This document shows, piece by piece, positions 26,433-38,034 of a stretch of 64,000 bases of DNA. The stretch covers positions 15,438,001 through 15,502,000 of the forward strand of contig OX597829.1 of assembly GCA_951406725.2 (NCBI GenBank), read 5' to 3'. This DNA is from Octopus vulgaris (lineage: Eukaryota). A model generated the notes under the pieces. The model had not been told where the DNA came from. It did not search any database and worked only from the letters and a program-made list of their open reading frames with translations. Every line of letters begins with the position of its first letter. Positions within the stretch are counted from its first letter, which is position 1. A program made the position numbers and the translations under genes.

Positions 26433-27025
26433 TTTGTATCACTATTTGCAGAAAAAGAAGGCCAAAATTCTAATGAAAAACCCTTCTTAACTAGTAAAGA
26501 AAGATTTGAGTTAGAGATAAGAAAGTATTAAGTTTGAACAACATAAAAATCACTGGTGAAGCTGCCGCGAATTATACTGGGTAGCTTAAGGAAATTACTA
26601 GAGCAGGAATCCAGCGTTGATGAAACGTTTCTGGTCGTGTGTGCTTATTAGACCTGTTGTTTCTCGAGAAGAAAAGTCAACAACAGGTTTTAAACTTAGA
26701 AAAATCGTCTGACGCATCTTGGATGATATGCCGCTGGTAGTTTGAAATTAAAGCCTTACAAGTGTAGTATTCGGAACATCAAATTATTTTCAAGGGTGTC
26801 ACAAAGTTTGATGTTGAAATAAGATGACATGGAGGACCCTTTCCGAAAAGCGGTTTGTAACCAACATTTTCTTCTTTCTTACCTGTTGCAGAAAGATGCA
26901 ATACCAGACATATTTCCGACTAAATGTTGTTTCTTTAAGACAATACACCAAACTATATGGCGAACTTGAATGAACTTCCTGATAATGTGAAAATAGAATG
27001 TGTCACCAAGAATACAACTTCTTTG

Positions 27026-27445
27026 GGATCTTTTCGGTTTGAACGGCAGTTTTCTAGCGGTGTCATATGAAATTGTCACCCATAATTATGACCCTAGTAT
27101 CGATGTATTGCATTTCAATCTATTTTAGGTTTATGGTTAGTTAGAGTTAGGGTTAGGGATATCTTTTTTTTCTTCACAAATGTAAATAAACCCAATCTGT
27201 TTCTTAAACGAGGGGCATATTCATACGGCACAGAATGTTGTTTACCTCAATAGACGTCAGTGATTTGTTGAAATTGCAGAAATTGAAGAAAAACAACAAC
27301 AAATATCTTACAGACTATAGAATTTTCTCAATAAAGCCAAGAGAAAAAGATGTTTTATAAACACATTCTACCAGTATACGAAGTTTAAAATTTTTTAGTT
27401 ACCTAGAAATTATGTTAAAAACTGCCGTTCAAACCGAAAAGATTC
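27026..27445. mobile_element. TTAGGG-containing 8-bp-TSD MITE (Merlin-like), copy 2
   Basis: Near-identical to 12932-13360. TSD CTTCTTTG (27018-27025) / CTTCTGTG (27446-27453). Confidence 0.92.
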
Positions 27446-27594
27446 CTTCTGTGTTCCAATCAATGGCTGAAGGTGTGATAGATAACTACCCGACATATTT
27501 TCCGAGTAAAGTATTTCAACAGCTCACGAAGCTAATGACAGGGAGTATAAACCTAAAACTAGAGACATATAGAAGACGTTTAACATAACTGATG

Positions 27595-28022
27595 TTGCAG
27601 TAATATATATCTGGAAGATCCTGGAAGGAATTGTGCCAAATTGTGGCATTGAAAGCTACACCAATGCCAGAACGGGACGACACTGCATGGTGCCAAAGAT
27701 CCCAGCAATGACATCACGCTTCAGGACCAGTTACTGCAACAGCCTGTGTTTCAAGGGCTCACAGCTTTTTAATATTCTCCCAAAGAGTCTGAGGAACTTG
27801 CACAAAGTAGATGTAGAGGTTTTTAAATCAAATCTTGACCTCTTCCTGTCGAGAGACCAGATGAGCCTACCTCACGACAAGAGGTGCAAATGAGAGTAGC
27901 TATATCAAACCCCATTCTTCATCAAGTGCCACATACTAGAGGAGGCTCCTAGTATTAACAGTGTAGCGCAAAATGGCGTTGCATCAGTATGACCGCAGCT
28001 CTGAGCTGAAACTTTTTAAAAA
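27595..28022 (+). mobile_element. CR1/L2-like LINE, 5'-truncated 3' end
   Basis: Reads IYIWKILEGIVPN...RTGRHC...FKGSQLFNILPKSLRN...FKSNLDLFLS. The 3' UTR ends GACCGCAGCTCTGAGCTGAAAC. Confidence 0.8.
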
Positions 28023-28291
28023 AAAGACTATATCATTGAAGTACATTGTGACACTTGGAAATGATGTAGAGTTTGAAGACATTATAGAGGATGAAGTGGC
28101 TAAGGTGCTAGTGTCCCATAGAGAATGTTTATCTAACTAGGGGCTGATGCTCATAGAAGAACAAGTTGAGAATAGAGGTAAGAAACAGAAATCCACCACT
28201 ACCATCCCTCACGCGTTAAGCATATTAGCCTCTGTATATATAGTGATAACTAGTTTATTGGCCTGGTGAAATCGGAAAAGATTCTAAACAT

Positions 28292-28690
28292 AGGCGTAGG
28301 AGTGGCTGTGTGTTAAGTAGCTTGTTTACCAGCCACATGGTTCCGGGTTCAGTCCCATTGCGTGGGACCTTGGGTGTCTTCTATTATAGCCTCGGGCCGA
28401 CCAAAACCTTGTGAGTGGATTTGGTAGACGGAAACTGAAAGAAGCTCGTCGTATATATGTATATATATATGTGCGTGTGTGTGTTTGTGTGTGTTTGTCC
28501 CCTAGCATTGCTTAACGACCGATGCTGGTGTGTTTATGTCCCCGTTACTTAGCGGTTCGGCAATAGAGACCGATAGAATAAGTACTGGGCTTACAAAAGA
28601 ATAAGTCCTGGGGTCGAGTTGCTCGATTAAAGGCGGTGCTCCAGCATGGCTGCAGTCAAATGACTGAAACAAGTAAAAGAGTAAAAGAGT
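28292..28690 (+). mobile_element. SINE A, full length
   Basis: Matches 2303-2733. Confidence 0.92.
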
Positions 28691-30789
28691 AATATACTCT
28701 GTTCGTCGGGCGTTCTCCTCTTATCATTTCTGCACTTTTACCCCTCCCCCGCTGATGAAATTAAATAGCTATTTGAATAAATTAGGGCATTTAGTTGAAC
28801 TTGAAAATACAGTTGTGCTATGTTGTTCTAAGTGAACAACGTCCCCGTTAGCAGTTAAAGATCATTGATGATTAAATATCTTACGTTTCATTACATTTGA
28901 TGTGATCTAGAATATTTGTATTTGCTGCATTTTAATACTAGAAACCAAATTATAATACGGTTGTAAACCGAGCTTTGAAGTGGGTTTTCAAGTCGTCAAG
29001 ACTTAAGTATTTCAATATAATGCAGGTCTGGAAAATTTTATATATGTTGGTTCGCTACATGAGATCATCTCCAACTGCTCTATTTTGTGGTTATTAGATG
29101 TTTGATATTTAAGTCTCGATAAGGTGAGTCGTTTTTACCCGTTTCAGAACATTCAATGTGAACGTGCGAATGAATGTGTGTGTGTTGGGAGAGGGAGTGT
29201 AGCACGAGGGATTTCGGTGGTGTTGGTTGAAGGCTTGAGTGAAACGACGAATGAAAGATGGCAGTAAGGAAAAAGAATAAGTGGTAATTCCTATATCAGT
29301 ATATCTGTAGGGAATGTGTGTATGAGCGGATAGTAAATTGCACAGACAGATGATTATGGAAGATTTAATTACTTCAAGACATGCAAAGTAATATACATCC
29401 TAAAAACAGAAAATTATATAGTAAAACATCTGAATTTAATCGAAAAAGTTTAAGAAACTGTAGACAAGAGCAGGGTTTCACGCGGAAGTCCTTAATACTG
29501 ATACCATGTGAGTTTTATGTAGAGAGGATTGATTGTACGTATAAGAAGACACCGAAGTCTGAAAAAGATAAGTGGAATAGCTGGAGGAAAGGGTTACGAG
29601 ATTTGTGCCTTAGGGAGGAAGTTACGTGCAGCTTTCCTTGCTGTTAGTCTCTCTGACGACAACGATGATGATTGTGATGACGATGATGATGATGATGAGG
29701 AGGAGGAGGAGGAAGATGTTAAGATCTGATTCAGACTTTTATTAAAAGCATTCCAAACATGACAATTTCGTCTTTTTATTTTCAAGCTGTGGGCTATATT
29801 AACCAAAGTATCATGTTTTTTTGTTTTGTTTTTTTAAATGGTAGTGTGATTTGAAGGATATTTCGCTGCGGTTACACCTGAACAAACACAGAAAGACTCC
29901 CACATTGGCACATAAAAGAATACGCCATGATTAAGCTATAATTAATTTTCTGTATCCAGCTAAAGTGATCGATCTGATTAGTTATAGCAATTCTTAACGT
30001 CTCGTCAGATATCCATTACTCACTCCTGTCCGTTCGTATCAATAGAAGTTTGGTCGGTGAGTATATATTGGACAGAAGCCAACAGACTTTTGCAGCATAG
30101 CTTCCATTTTGTAATATGTACTGTAATTTACTTGAAGCATGGCAATGTGCAAATGATGAATATGTTTTCTAAAAAGCCCTTTAAGCAATGCAGTTGAGAA
30201 TTTGGGCAAATTATGTAAAGTTATGGCAATAAATAAATACACAAAAAGATATTGCTTCGCCACGCAAAGGTTGTTTAATATTTCTATTATATTTCGAGAA
30301 GGTTTCGCTTTATTAAATATAAGACAGAAAATAATCCAAGAGCTCGGAGAAAAAGTGTTAGTATCGGTAGGCCATTCTCGCTTCTCGATAATAGCTGTAG
30401 TGCGGTATTTGAATTTAAAAAGCTTCGCTACCTAACACACTTACCCTTCCCATGACCAGCAATATATCTCATGAGAAATTCTTGGAAGTTGTTAGGCTGA
30501 ACCTGGTGAATAAGCAGACTATAATCAACTTATCTTCTTATTCACTCAGTAGGAACACCTGCGATCATAGCACTACGGCGCAAACCAAACTCCGCTGCTT
30601 TGTACAGGAAACTGATCAATATTTTTTTTTTTTTTTCGATGTAATTCCTGCTTTCTTAGTCATTTAATTTAATAGTCATTCAGTTTGTACTATGTCAAAA
30701 TCAGTAAACTTCCACATGGCACTCTTAGAACAACACCACGAAGTGCCTGGAACCTAATGCAATAAACTAATCTACAAAAATAAAACTGA

Positions 30790-30945
30790 ATAGGTGTAGG
30801 ACATATGGCTCTCTTGAGACCGAATTACGTTCAAGTCGATTTTACCTTTCATCTTTTCGGGATCACTGAAATAAGTACCAGTTACGTACTGGTGTCAATG
30901 CAATCGACTATCCCAAGAATTTCAGGCTTTGTGCCTATACTAGAA
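30790..30945 (+). mobile_element. SINE B-type core and 3' part with a divergent head
   Basis: GTCGATTTTACCTTTCATCTTTTCGGG...AATAAGTACCAGTTACGTACTGG. Confidence 0.65.
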
Positions 30946-30999
30946 AAAATATTTCGCAAGTGCATGCGAATTTAGTCAGCAGGTATTTTACCTTGAGGC

Positions 31000-32235
31000 T
31001 TGGTGGCAACAAGTCACCTCAAATCTCAAGAAACTTTCTTAAAATTCTTGGAAAATATAGAACTGTTCTTTGCTGCTGGTCGACAATGCAAGTTTCTGTT
31101 CCAATTTCTTTCAGTCTTTTAGATAGCATTTCGGGTGTTGTGCCAAGTGCGCTAATTGTTACAGAATAATTGTTGTCTTGCTCTTCCACAGTCTCCTCAG
31201 CTCTCTGGCTAGATCCCTGTTATTTCTCAATTGTTTCAATTTCTTTCTATCGACTCTGCTATCATAGGGAGTTACAAAATCTATTATCTTACAGTGCTTG
31301 TTTATTTAGTCCCTATTACAATATCCAGTTATCTTGCTTCAGTAATATGTTCAGTTTTTATGGGAAAATCCTACAACCTCTTGTAATACTCATTTTCTCT
31401 CACGGCTTCTGTTTTGTGTTTATACCACATTTTTTTTTGTTTTGAAGTCACACACTCGGCTAACATCCCAATGCATACTTTTGCCTACACAGTCATATCT
31501 GCTATTATACTCTTTTTGTTCTACAATACTGCACTCACTCAAAATGCTATTCATACTTTTCGTCACCATCCCTGAGTTTTGTCGATCTTAGCCTTTATCA
31601 GATTTGTTCCTGAGCGGCTATAATTAACATGTCTGTCTCCCGTTTGAAGTTCCCGTCCGTCAACCAGAGCCAGCCATCTTTACTTCCAATGTTTTTGCAT
31701 GAATTGGTCGGGTTGTTCTATTTCTTTCCATCTATTTGTTCTGTTGTTCCTCCTTTACTCTTTGAATTTTCCTATTGTTCCAATCACTTTTCGATATCTC
31801 TGGCTGCCGATTGTAATCTCTCTTTACTCTGCACAATATTATTTTTCAGACCCAGTATCGCAATATTAACAGTGTCTTCCGCGTTTAGTAATCCTCCGCC
31901 GCCTTTCTTTCTTAATAAATTGAGCCGGTCGGTATTGCTTTCAGGAAGGCGGCGAGCTGACAATCGTTAGCACGCCGGGCGAAATGCTTAGCAGTATTTC
32001 GTCTGCAACTACGTTCTGAGTTCAAATTCCGCCGAGGTCGAATTTGCCTTTCATCCTTTCGGGATCGATTAAATAAGTACCAGTTACGCACTGGGGTCGA
32101 TATAATCGACTTAATCCGTTTGTCTGTCCTTGTTTGTCTTCTCTGTGCTTAGCCCCTTGTGGGTAGTAAAGAAATAGGTATTGCTTTCAGGATGGAGTGC
32201 GTTGTGCATTGAGCAACTTCCTAAGTCTTCGTTTT
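31000..32235 (-). mobile_element. R4/Dong-like LINE 3' fragment interrupted by a SINE B
   Basis: Minus strand reads MHNALHPESNT|DRLNLLRKKGGGGLL; GWLWLTDGNFKRETDMLIIAAQE; EYNSRYDCVGKSMHW; DLARELRRLWK; and ISALGTT...RILRKFLEI*. Confidence 0.85.
31947..32176 (+). mobile_element. SINE B, full length with 16-bp TSD
   Basis: TSD GGTATTGCTTTCAGGA at 31931-31946 and 32177-32192. B-box GAGTTCAAATTCC. Core GCCTTTCATCCTTTCGGG..GAT.AAATAAGTACCAG resembles the Nin/Deu SINE domain (from recall). Confidence 0.93.
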
Positions 32236-32236
32236 C

Positions 32237-32460
<224 letters not shown>

Positions 32461-32469
32461 TACAACACA

Positions 32470-33180
32470 GATCATTTATGTAATTATGTCTCAGCTCCTA
32501 CCCACAACCCAGAGGCACAACACCTTCAGCACATTAGCCGTTCCAAGCACCGCAGCCATCTGTGCACTCTCTAATATATCTGTAAAGTCGAAGCCCTTAG
32601 TTATTGTATCATGATTCTTTGAAATCGTTATGAGTGCACCGATAACACAAGGGAAAATTGAACTGCTACTTGATGTATTTCCTCGTAGCAGGCTCTCCAA
32701 ATTCTGGTATTTGATTATCTTCATTCTTTCGGAGATTTCAACAGTGTAGTCAGCAGAAACAGCGATGCCTATAATGACCCATTCATGTGTGTCTTAGTGC
32801 AAAATTTGGCGATTAAGCCCCACACGCCTGTCAGTAAAGATAATCATGTTCCACGTGAACTTCATTCGCACATTCTCAACCAAGGCTTGTGCTATGGTGA
32901 CATTTATCTCTGCACGGAAGATCGTGCGTTTTTTTTTTGTATTTCTAGAACATGCTAATAACGATATTGTCAAATCGACCTCCGTGCTCTTTTTTGTGCT
33001 AACCGTGAGCAGTCGCCGATAATGTAAGTACCCTCTCAGTTCCTGCCAACACTTTCTGCACATTGATGGCTCTCTCTTGTGTGGTCTGTTGTGTGGTCGA
33101 TGTATATGTCGCTTAGTGACTGACAATATGTGCATAGGAAACAAATGGAAGATTTGAAAAAGAGAAGAGTATGTCATGGA
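32470..33180 (-). mobile_element. R4/Dong-like LINE 3' fragment ending next to the trinucleotide array
   Basis: Reads MCRKC..., VENVRMKFTWNMIIFTDRRVGLNR and KIIKYQNL...PCVIGAL...SAQMAAVLGTANVLKVL. Confidence 0.8.
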
Positions 33181-33349
33181 CTGAGAGGGATACTTTAAGT
33201 TTTGAATAAATGTGACAAGAGCAAATTTTCAAGGAGATATTAACCATTTTGTATAGTTTCTAAGGATAAGCAAATAGGAAATAACAGTTGCGACCGAAGA
33301 GCAAAAGTCGTGTTACAATGTTATTAGATTTGACTCGGTTTGGTCTTAT

Positions 33350-34720
33350 TCCTGAATTTATATGGCTAACAGATTACTACCTGCAACCTTAGCTATCCAC
33401 AAGCTTTCAATAATCTTTCAAGCGCTCTAAACCCTTCTGATAATCTTTCATTATCCTAAGAAGATTCTGCAGGAAGTTCTACAGGAAATTCCATTTCTAT
33501 CTTCTTCAACCATTTGTCTATATAATTACTCACAGTTCCTACTGCACCAATTATTACAGGCGCAACCTTTACAGTTTCCAGATTCTGAATTCTCGCAATT
33601 TCAAAACCTTTGCATCTAGTATCATATCTTTTCTGTTTGGCCTTTAACGCAATTACCCTTTGTGAAAATCCTTCATGCACTGTTTGCTTTCCTCTCTTTT
33701 CTAACATGTACTGTCCATTCAATTTTCTGATCGCTATCTCATTCTCTTCCCATTATCCTATACGATTGCTTCAGTTCTTTCTGCGTCTTCCCAACTTCAT
33801 TCGTAACCTTTTCCTCCAGTTTAGTTCATTCTTTTCATTACCCTTCTTTTTTTTCAGGTCTTCCATTTGCATCCTATTATGTCAGCTACATTAGCAGCAG
33901 CTATGATTAATCGTTTTGTTTCGCTAACATTCTCTGTTTTAACCAAGCTCAAACGGCATTTAATTTGCCTCTGGCTGTACTTATTTTCCCTCTGTCTATA
34001 TAGTTTACATATGGCGGCACTTCATTCTTCACACCAAACCTTGCATCATTTCTACATTCTGCTTTTCTCCATCATTCAGCTCCTGTGCCACATTTATTGT
34101 CACTTGTCCAACTAAATCTCCTTCACTATTTATTTCATCAGCATAGTGATTTCTTCCTTTTTTCATTTTCTGTATCTCTTACTCCTTCATTATCAATTCC
34201 TGACATTGTTGTTTCACACTCTTCGTGCTCATTTTGCATTCTTCTCTGAATTTCTTCCACCTCTAATCCTGTAATCCTCTCGTCCATACGAATTTCCTTT
34301 GGCCTCGTCTATCAATCGCTGGGAGAATGCTTCATAGGCTCCCTCTTCATCCCATTTTCTCATCATTCGTTTCATGAAACCTTTTTTTTAATTTCGCTTA
34401 TTTCTCAGCCGGCTATCCAATCACAATCTTGATCACCTCTTTTTCTCATTTCAATTTCCTCCATCTGCACTTTTAACTTCGAGTCTGGTCCTAATCAATG
34501 GCCTGATGACAACCTGTTGGAGCTCGGTCAGATAGTTCTTGACTGTCGTACGCGATACCTTCTCTGATAGCAGTTCCGTTCCCGTTAACATAGCTTTAAT
34601 TACTACTTGAATATTATTCATTTTGAGATAGCATTTATAAGGTTGTGCGATCACCAGTATTTTATCGTCACACCATTACAGGGTTAGTTGTCAACCAAAG
34701 CTCAGAATCCATACCTACAC
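33350..34720 (-). mobile_element. Internally deleted R4/Dong-like LINE (N-terminus fused to C-terminus)
   Basis: N-terminal RLIDEA.EIR...GLEVEEIQRR and KQRVIA.KAK..RY joined to EIARIQNLETVKVAPVIIGAVGTVS..IDKWLKKIE. Confidence 0.75.
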
Positions 34721-34727
34721 TCATATA

Positions 34728-34730
34728 CAT

Positions 34731-34791
<61 letters not shown>

Positions 34792-34798
34792 GCTACTG

Positions 34799-34833
<35 letters not shown>

Positions 34834-34850
34834 GTTATTATTATTATTAT
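34728..34850. repeat. (ACT)n-(ATT)n microsatellite
   Basis: Seen directly in the sequence. Confidence 0.95.
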
Positions 34851-35405
34851 GAGTGTGAGAGCAGTGCATGCCATCAAAGTGACGTTGGGGTAAAATATAT
34901 GAAGCCCAGTATACCCATCATGACTTCACGTATAATAAGGGTACATTAAGCACATGCATCACAACCATATGTGCACGACATGGTGGTCTTATATCAAGAT
35001 AAACAATACATGACCTTGCAGGTGGGGCCCAGTTAGAATTTTCTTCAGGTCGAGTAGCCCATCCCGCTCAAAAGGTCCCTGAATAAGGATTGTTTAAGGG
35101 TGTTGAACGAAGCACCTATGTTTCCAGAAGTGAATTATTCAAACGCCAAAGAATTACTTTCAACGCATGGCTATGATGCTCCCCACTACTTCTGCGCGTG
35201 ATCAGAGATGCACATATCGTCAGCCACTAAGGGACATGCTCAACTCGTTAAGGGTCAAACAACTGACAAGCAAATCTGTGGTATTGAGCAGAATATTTGC
35301 TGTAATCCATCTTTTATACCAAGACAAAACAATGTACATGATAAGACTTCCAATCAGTTAAGATCAGAAGCCATGAGAGCCACTGCCTGGTACTGCATCA
35401 GGGCA
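34851..35405. mobile_element. Element E: about 555-bp non-coding repeat embedded in (ATT)n
   Basis: Flanked by ATT repeats on both sides. Partial copies at 10007-10090 and 37897-38035. No tRNA head, TIR or ORF recognised. Confidence 0.7.
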
Positions 35406-35493
35406 TTTATTATTGTTGTAATTTATTTGTTTAGTTATAGAGTTCGGATGTATAAGTCCTTGTCCAAATCACGGTGTGTGTGTATAATTTTTG

Positions 35494-35715
35494 TTACTCT
35501 TTTACTTGTTTCAGTAATGTGACTGTGGCCATACTAGAGCACCACCTTTAGTCGAGCAAATCGATCCCAGGACTTATTCTTTGTAAGCCTAGTATTTATT
35601 CTATCGGTCACTTTTGCCGAACCACTAAGTTATGGGGACGTAAACACACCAGTATCGGTTATCAAGAGATGTTGGGGGACAAACACAGACACACAAACAT
35701 ATACACACACATACT

Positions 35716-35792
<77 letters not shown>

Positions 35793-35981
35793 GTATATAT
35801 ATATATATACGTATATACGACGGGCTTCTTTCAGTTTCCGTCTACCAAATCCACTCACAAGGCTTTGGTCGGCCCGTGGCTATAGTAGAAGACACTTTCC
35901 CAAGGTGCCACGCAGTGGGACTGAATTCGGAACCATGTGGTTCGTAAGCAAGCTACTTACCACACAACCACTCCTGCACCT
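35494..35981 (-). mobile_element. SINE A, full length with expanded internal (TA)n
   Basis: Reverse complement of 28292-28690. Confidence 0.92.
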
Positions 35982-36098
35982 TTTTTTTATTGAAAGCACC
36001 CGGAATGTTTTGGTTGATGTTTTGTAGTTGTTTTTTTTCTCGTTAGTGGACAAAACAGCCTGGGTAGCGTGAAGTGGGTAAAAATCCACTTTGTAGAT

Positions 36099-36412
36099 CA
36101 GTGGTTCTCAAACTGAACAGTATTGCTCCCCTGGGGGCGGCGGACAGTTCGAAGGGGTCATTGAAATAAAGTGGGCCGATGATGGGTAGCGATTCATGTA
36201 AAAATTTAGGTCGATAATAGTGTGGTAATTTATGTAAAATTAACAAAATAATGGGTTTCATTAGGTTAAGTCTTATTTGTGAAATACAGATGCTTTGAAT
36301 TTGCTTTTGAAAGAGGCCTATGTTTGTGAAGGTTAGCTGAGGTCGGGGCGCTAGGAATGTGGCCTGAGTGACAAGGATGGGGCGGTAGCCCAAATAAGTT
36401 TGGGAACCAGTG
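36099..36412. mobile_element. hAT/Charlie-like MITE
   Basis: TIRs CAGTGGTTCTCAAACT and AGTTTGGGAACCAGTG. The 8-bp flanks TTGTAGAT / CTCTAGAT fit the NTCTAGAN target consensus. Confidence 0.85.
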
Positions 36413-36696
36413 CTCTAGATGGTGGCATCAACAGAGACGCCCATCGTCGAAATATTAATCGGAAGAACCCGTCATTCCTCAACCCTTTTCACACTTGAGG
36501 ACTTACCCCCACACTTCACTCACTCTTTCAACTAGCAGCAATACTAACAAGAAGACTAATAACGTCACACTGATCGGTGGTACAGCAGAAAAAAGTCAGC
36601 ATTAGCAGATGGAGTACCACCACCGCCACCACCAACAGTTACAGCACGATGTTAAGCTTGTAGAGTGACAGTGAAGATAACGGCAGCAACAGCAGT

Positions 36697-37075
36697 GGAG
36701 GCGCAATGGGCCAGTGGTTAGGGTAGCGGATTCGCGGTAGGAGGATTGCGGTTTTGATTCCCAGACCGGGCGTTGTGTGTGTTTACTGAGTGAAAACACC
36801 TAAAGCTCCACGAGGCTCCGGCAAGGGGTGCTGACGATCCCTGCTGTACTCTTTCGCTCAAAATTTCTCTCACTCTTTCTTCCTGTTTCTTGTCCCCGAC
36901 TTCCCACGCAACCGCTGAGCCCGGATGCGCATTCATCCATCTGTCGATGCTCTCGGTGTCGGGGGTTGACCTGCTTTCTCTTCTGTGGGTCTTACGAATA
37001 GCAATGGGCCACGTTTCGGACTTATCCCATCTTGCGAGCTCCGGGACGAAGACCGCTTCGCTCAACAGCAACAGC
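36697..37075 (+). mobile_element. SINE C, tail type 3
   Basis: Matches 24721-25105. Confidence 0.9.
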
Positions 37076-37577
37076 AACAGCCCCAACAGTCATAAGGAAA
37101 CCATAATATTAACAGCAACCACGACAACAATAATATTAAGAGTAACGATAACAGTAATATAGTAATACATTCAGCAGTAGCAATAGCGGCAACATAAACA
37201 CCATCAAAAACTCACCAAACAACAACATTGACTGCAAACCAACTTTGCGGGCATAGCAAGGCAGATGGAACTAATTAACACAAGTTTTAGAAGAAAAGAA
37301 CCAAAAGATAGAGGAAACTGCTCGTTATAGAAACATTCAGGTGAGGAAAGCATTAATTGAAAATTATCAGCCCCGCCCTCAAGACTTCTCAAATGACATT
37401 TTAAAGAGAGCAATATGCTAGTGCTGCATCTCAGCGAGGAGCCGTCGCCTGGTGAACGCAGCTAATGCTCTGGTGGAAAGAATTGTGATCACACAGTACT
37501 GGGAACATGGATGTCTTATTCAAAACTGAAACTCTGGCTCTGCAATATCTGGGTAGTCCTGAAGGAGTGATGGCATA

Positions 37578-37911
37578 CTTCTGTGTCCCAAATACTTCCA
37601 GGAGTAAATTCTTCTGTACCCCGATTACTTCCATAGGTGATTTTTTTTTTCTGAATCCCAAGTACTTCTAGAGGTGAATTCTTCTGTATCCCAAGTATTT
37701 CCAAGGGTGAGTTCTTCTGTATCCCAAGTACTTCCAAGGGAGAATTCTTCTGTATCACAAGTACTTCCAGGGGTGAATTCTTCTGTACCTCAAGTACTTC
37801 CAGGGGTGAATTCTTCTGTATCCCAAGTACTTCCAAAGGTGAATTCTTCTCTATTCCAAGTTCTTCCAGAGGTGAATTCTTCTGTATCCCAAGTTCTTCC
37901 AGAGGTTAATT
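37578..37911 (+). repeat. 33-bp minisatellite, 10 units (CTTCTGTATCCCAAGTACTTCCAGRGGTGAATT)
   Basis: Seen directly; gives the repeating VNSSVSQVLPE reading. Confidence 0.95.
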
Positions 37912-38034
37912 ATTCAAACATTAAAGAAATCCTCTCAACACTTGGCTATGATGCTCCCCCACTACTTCCGCTCATGATCAGAGATGCACATATCGTCAGC
38001 CACAAAGAACATGCTCAACTAGTTACGGTCAAGC

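Larger units (their letters stand above)
25790..28290 (+). mobile_element. pogo/Tigger-like DNA transposon fossil hosting nested insertions
   Basis: Reads LNNIKITGEAA, VDET, SREEKSTTGFK, AAGSLKLKP, KNTTSL|FQSMAEGVI (rejoined across the MITE; compare PPNTTSLIQPMDQGVI) and EFEDIIEDEV..VL.SHRE.LSN. Many stops and frameshifts. Confidence 0.85.

Noticed and set aside
25790-28290. Domesticated TIGD gene (likewise SETMAR for the mariner copies)
   Set aside because: Multiple stops, frameshifts, deletions and nested insertions indicate dead transposons.
29381-29647. 88-aa ORF
   Set aside because: No recognisable domain; at most a very decayed LINE 3' end, too weak to call.
34495-34540. CTGATGA followed by a CAAC/GTTG stem, resembling a hammerhead
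   Set aside because: No GAAA core or stem I/III pairing, and it lies antisense within an R4/Dong ORF. Other CTGANGA hits (about 1808, 28752, 60620) fail in the same way.
37578-37911. CRISPR-like regular repeats
   Set aside because: The units are directly tandem with no unique spacers, there are no cas genes, and the context is eukaryotic.
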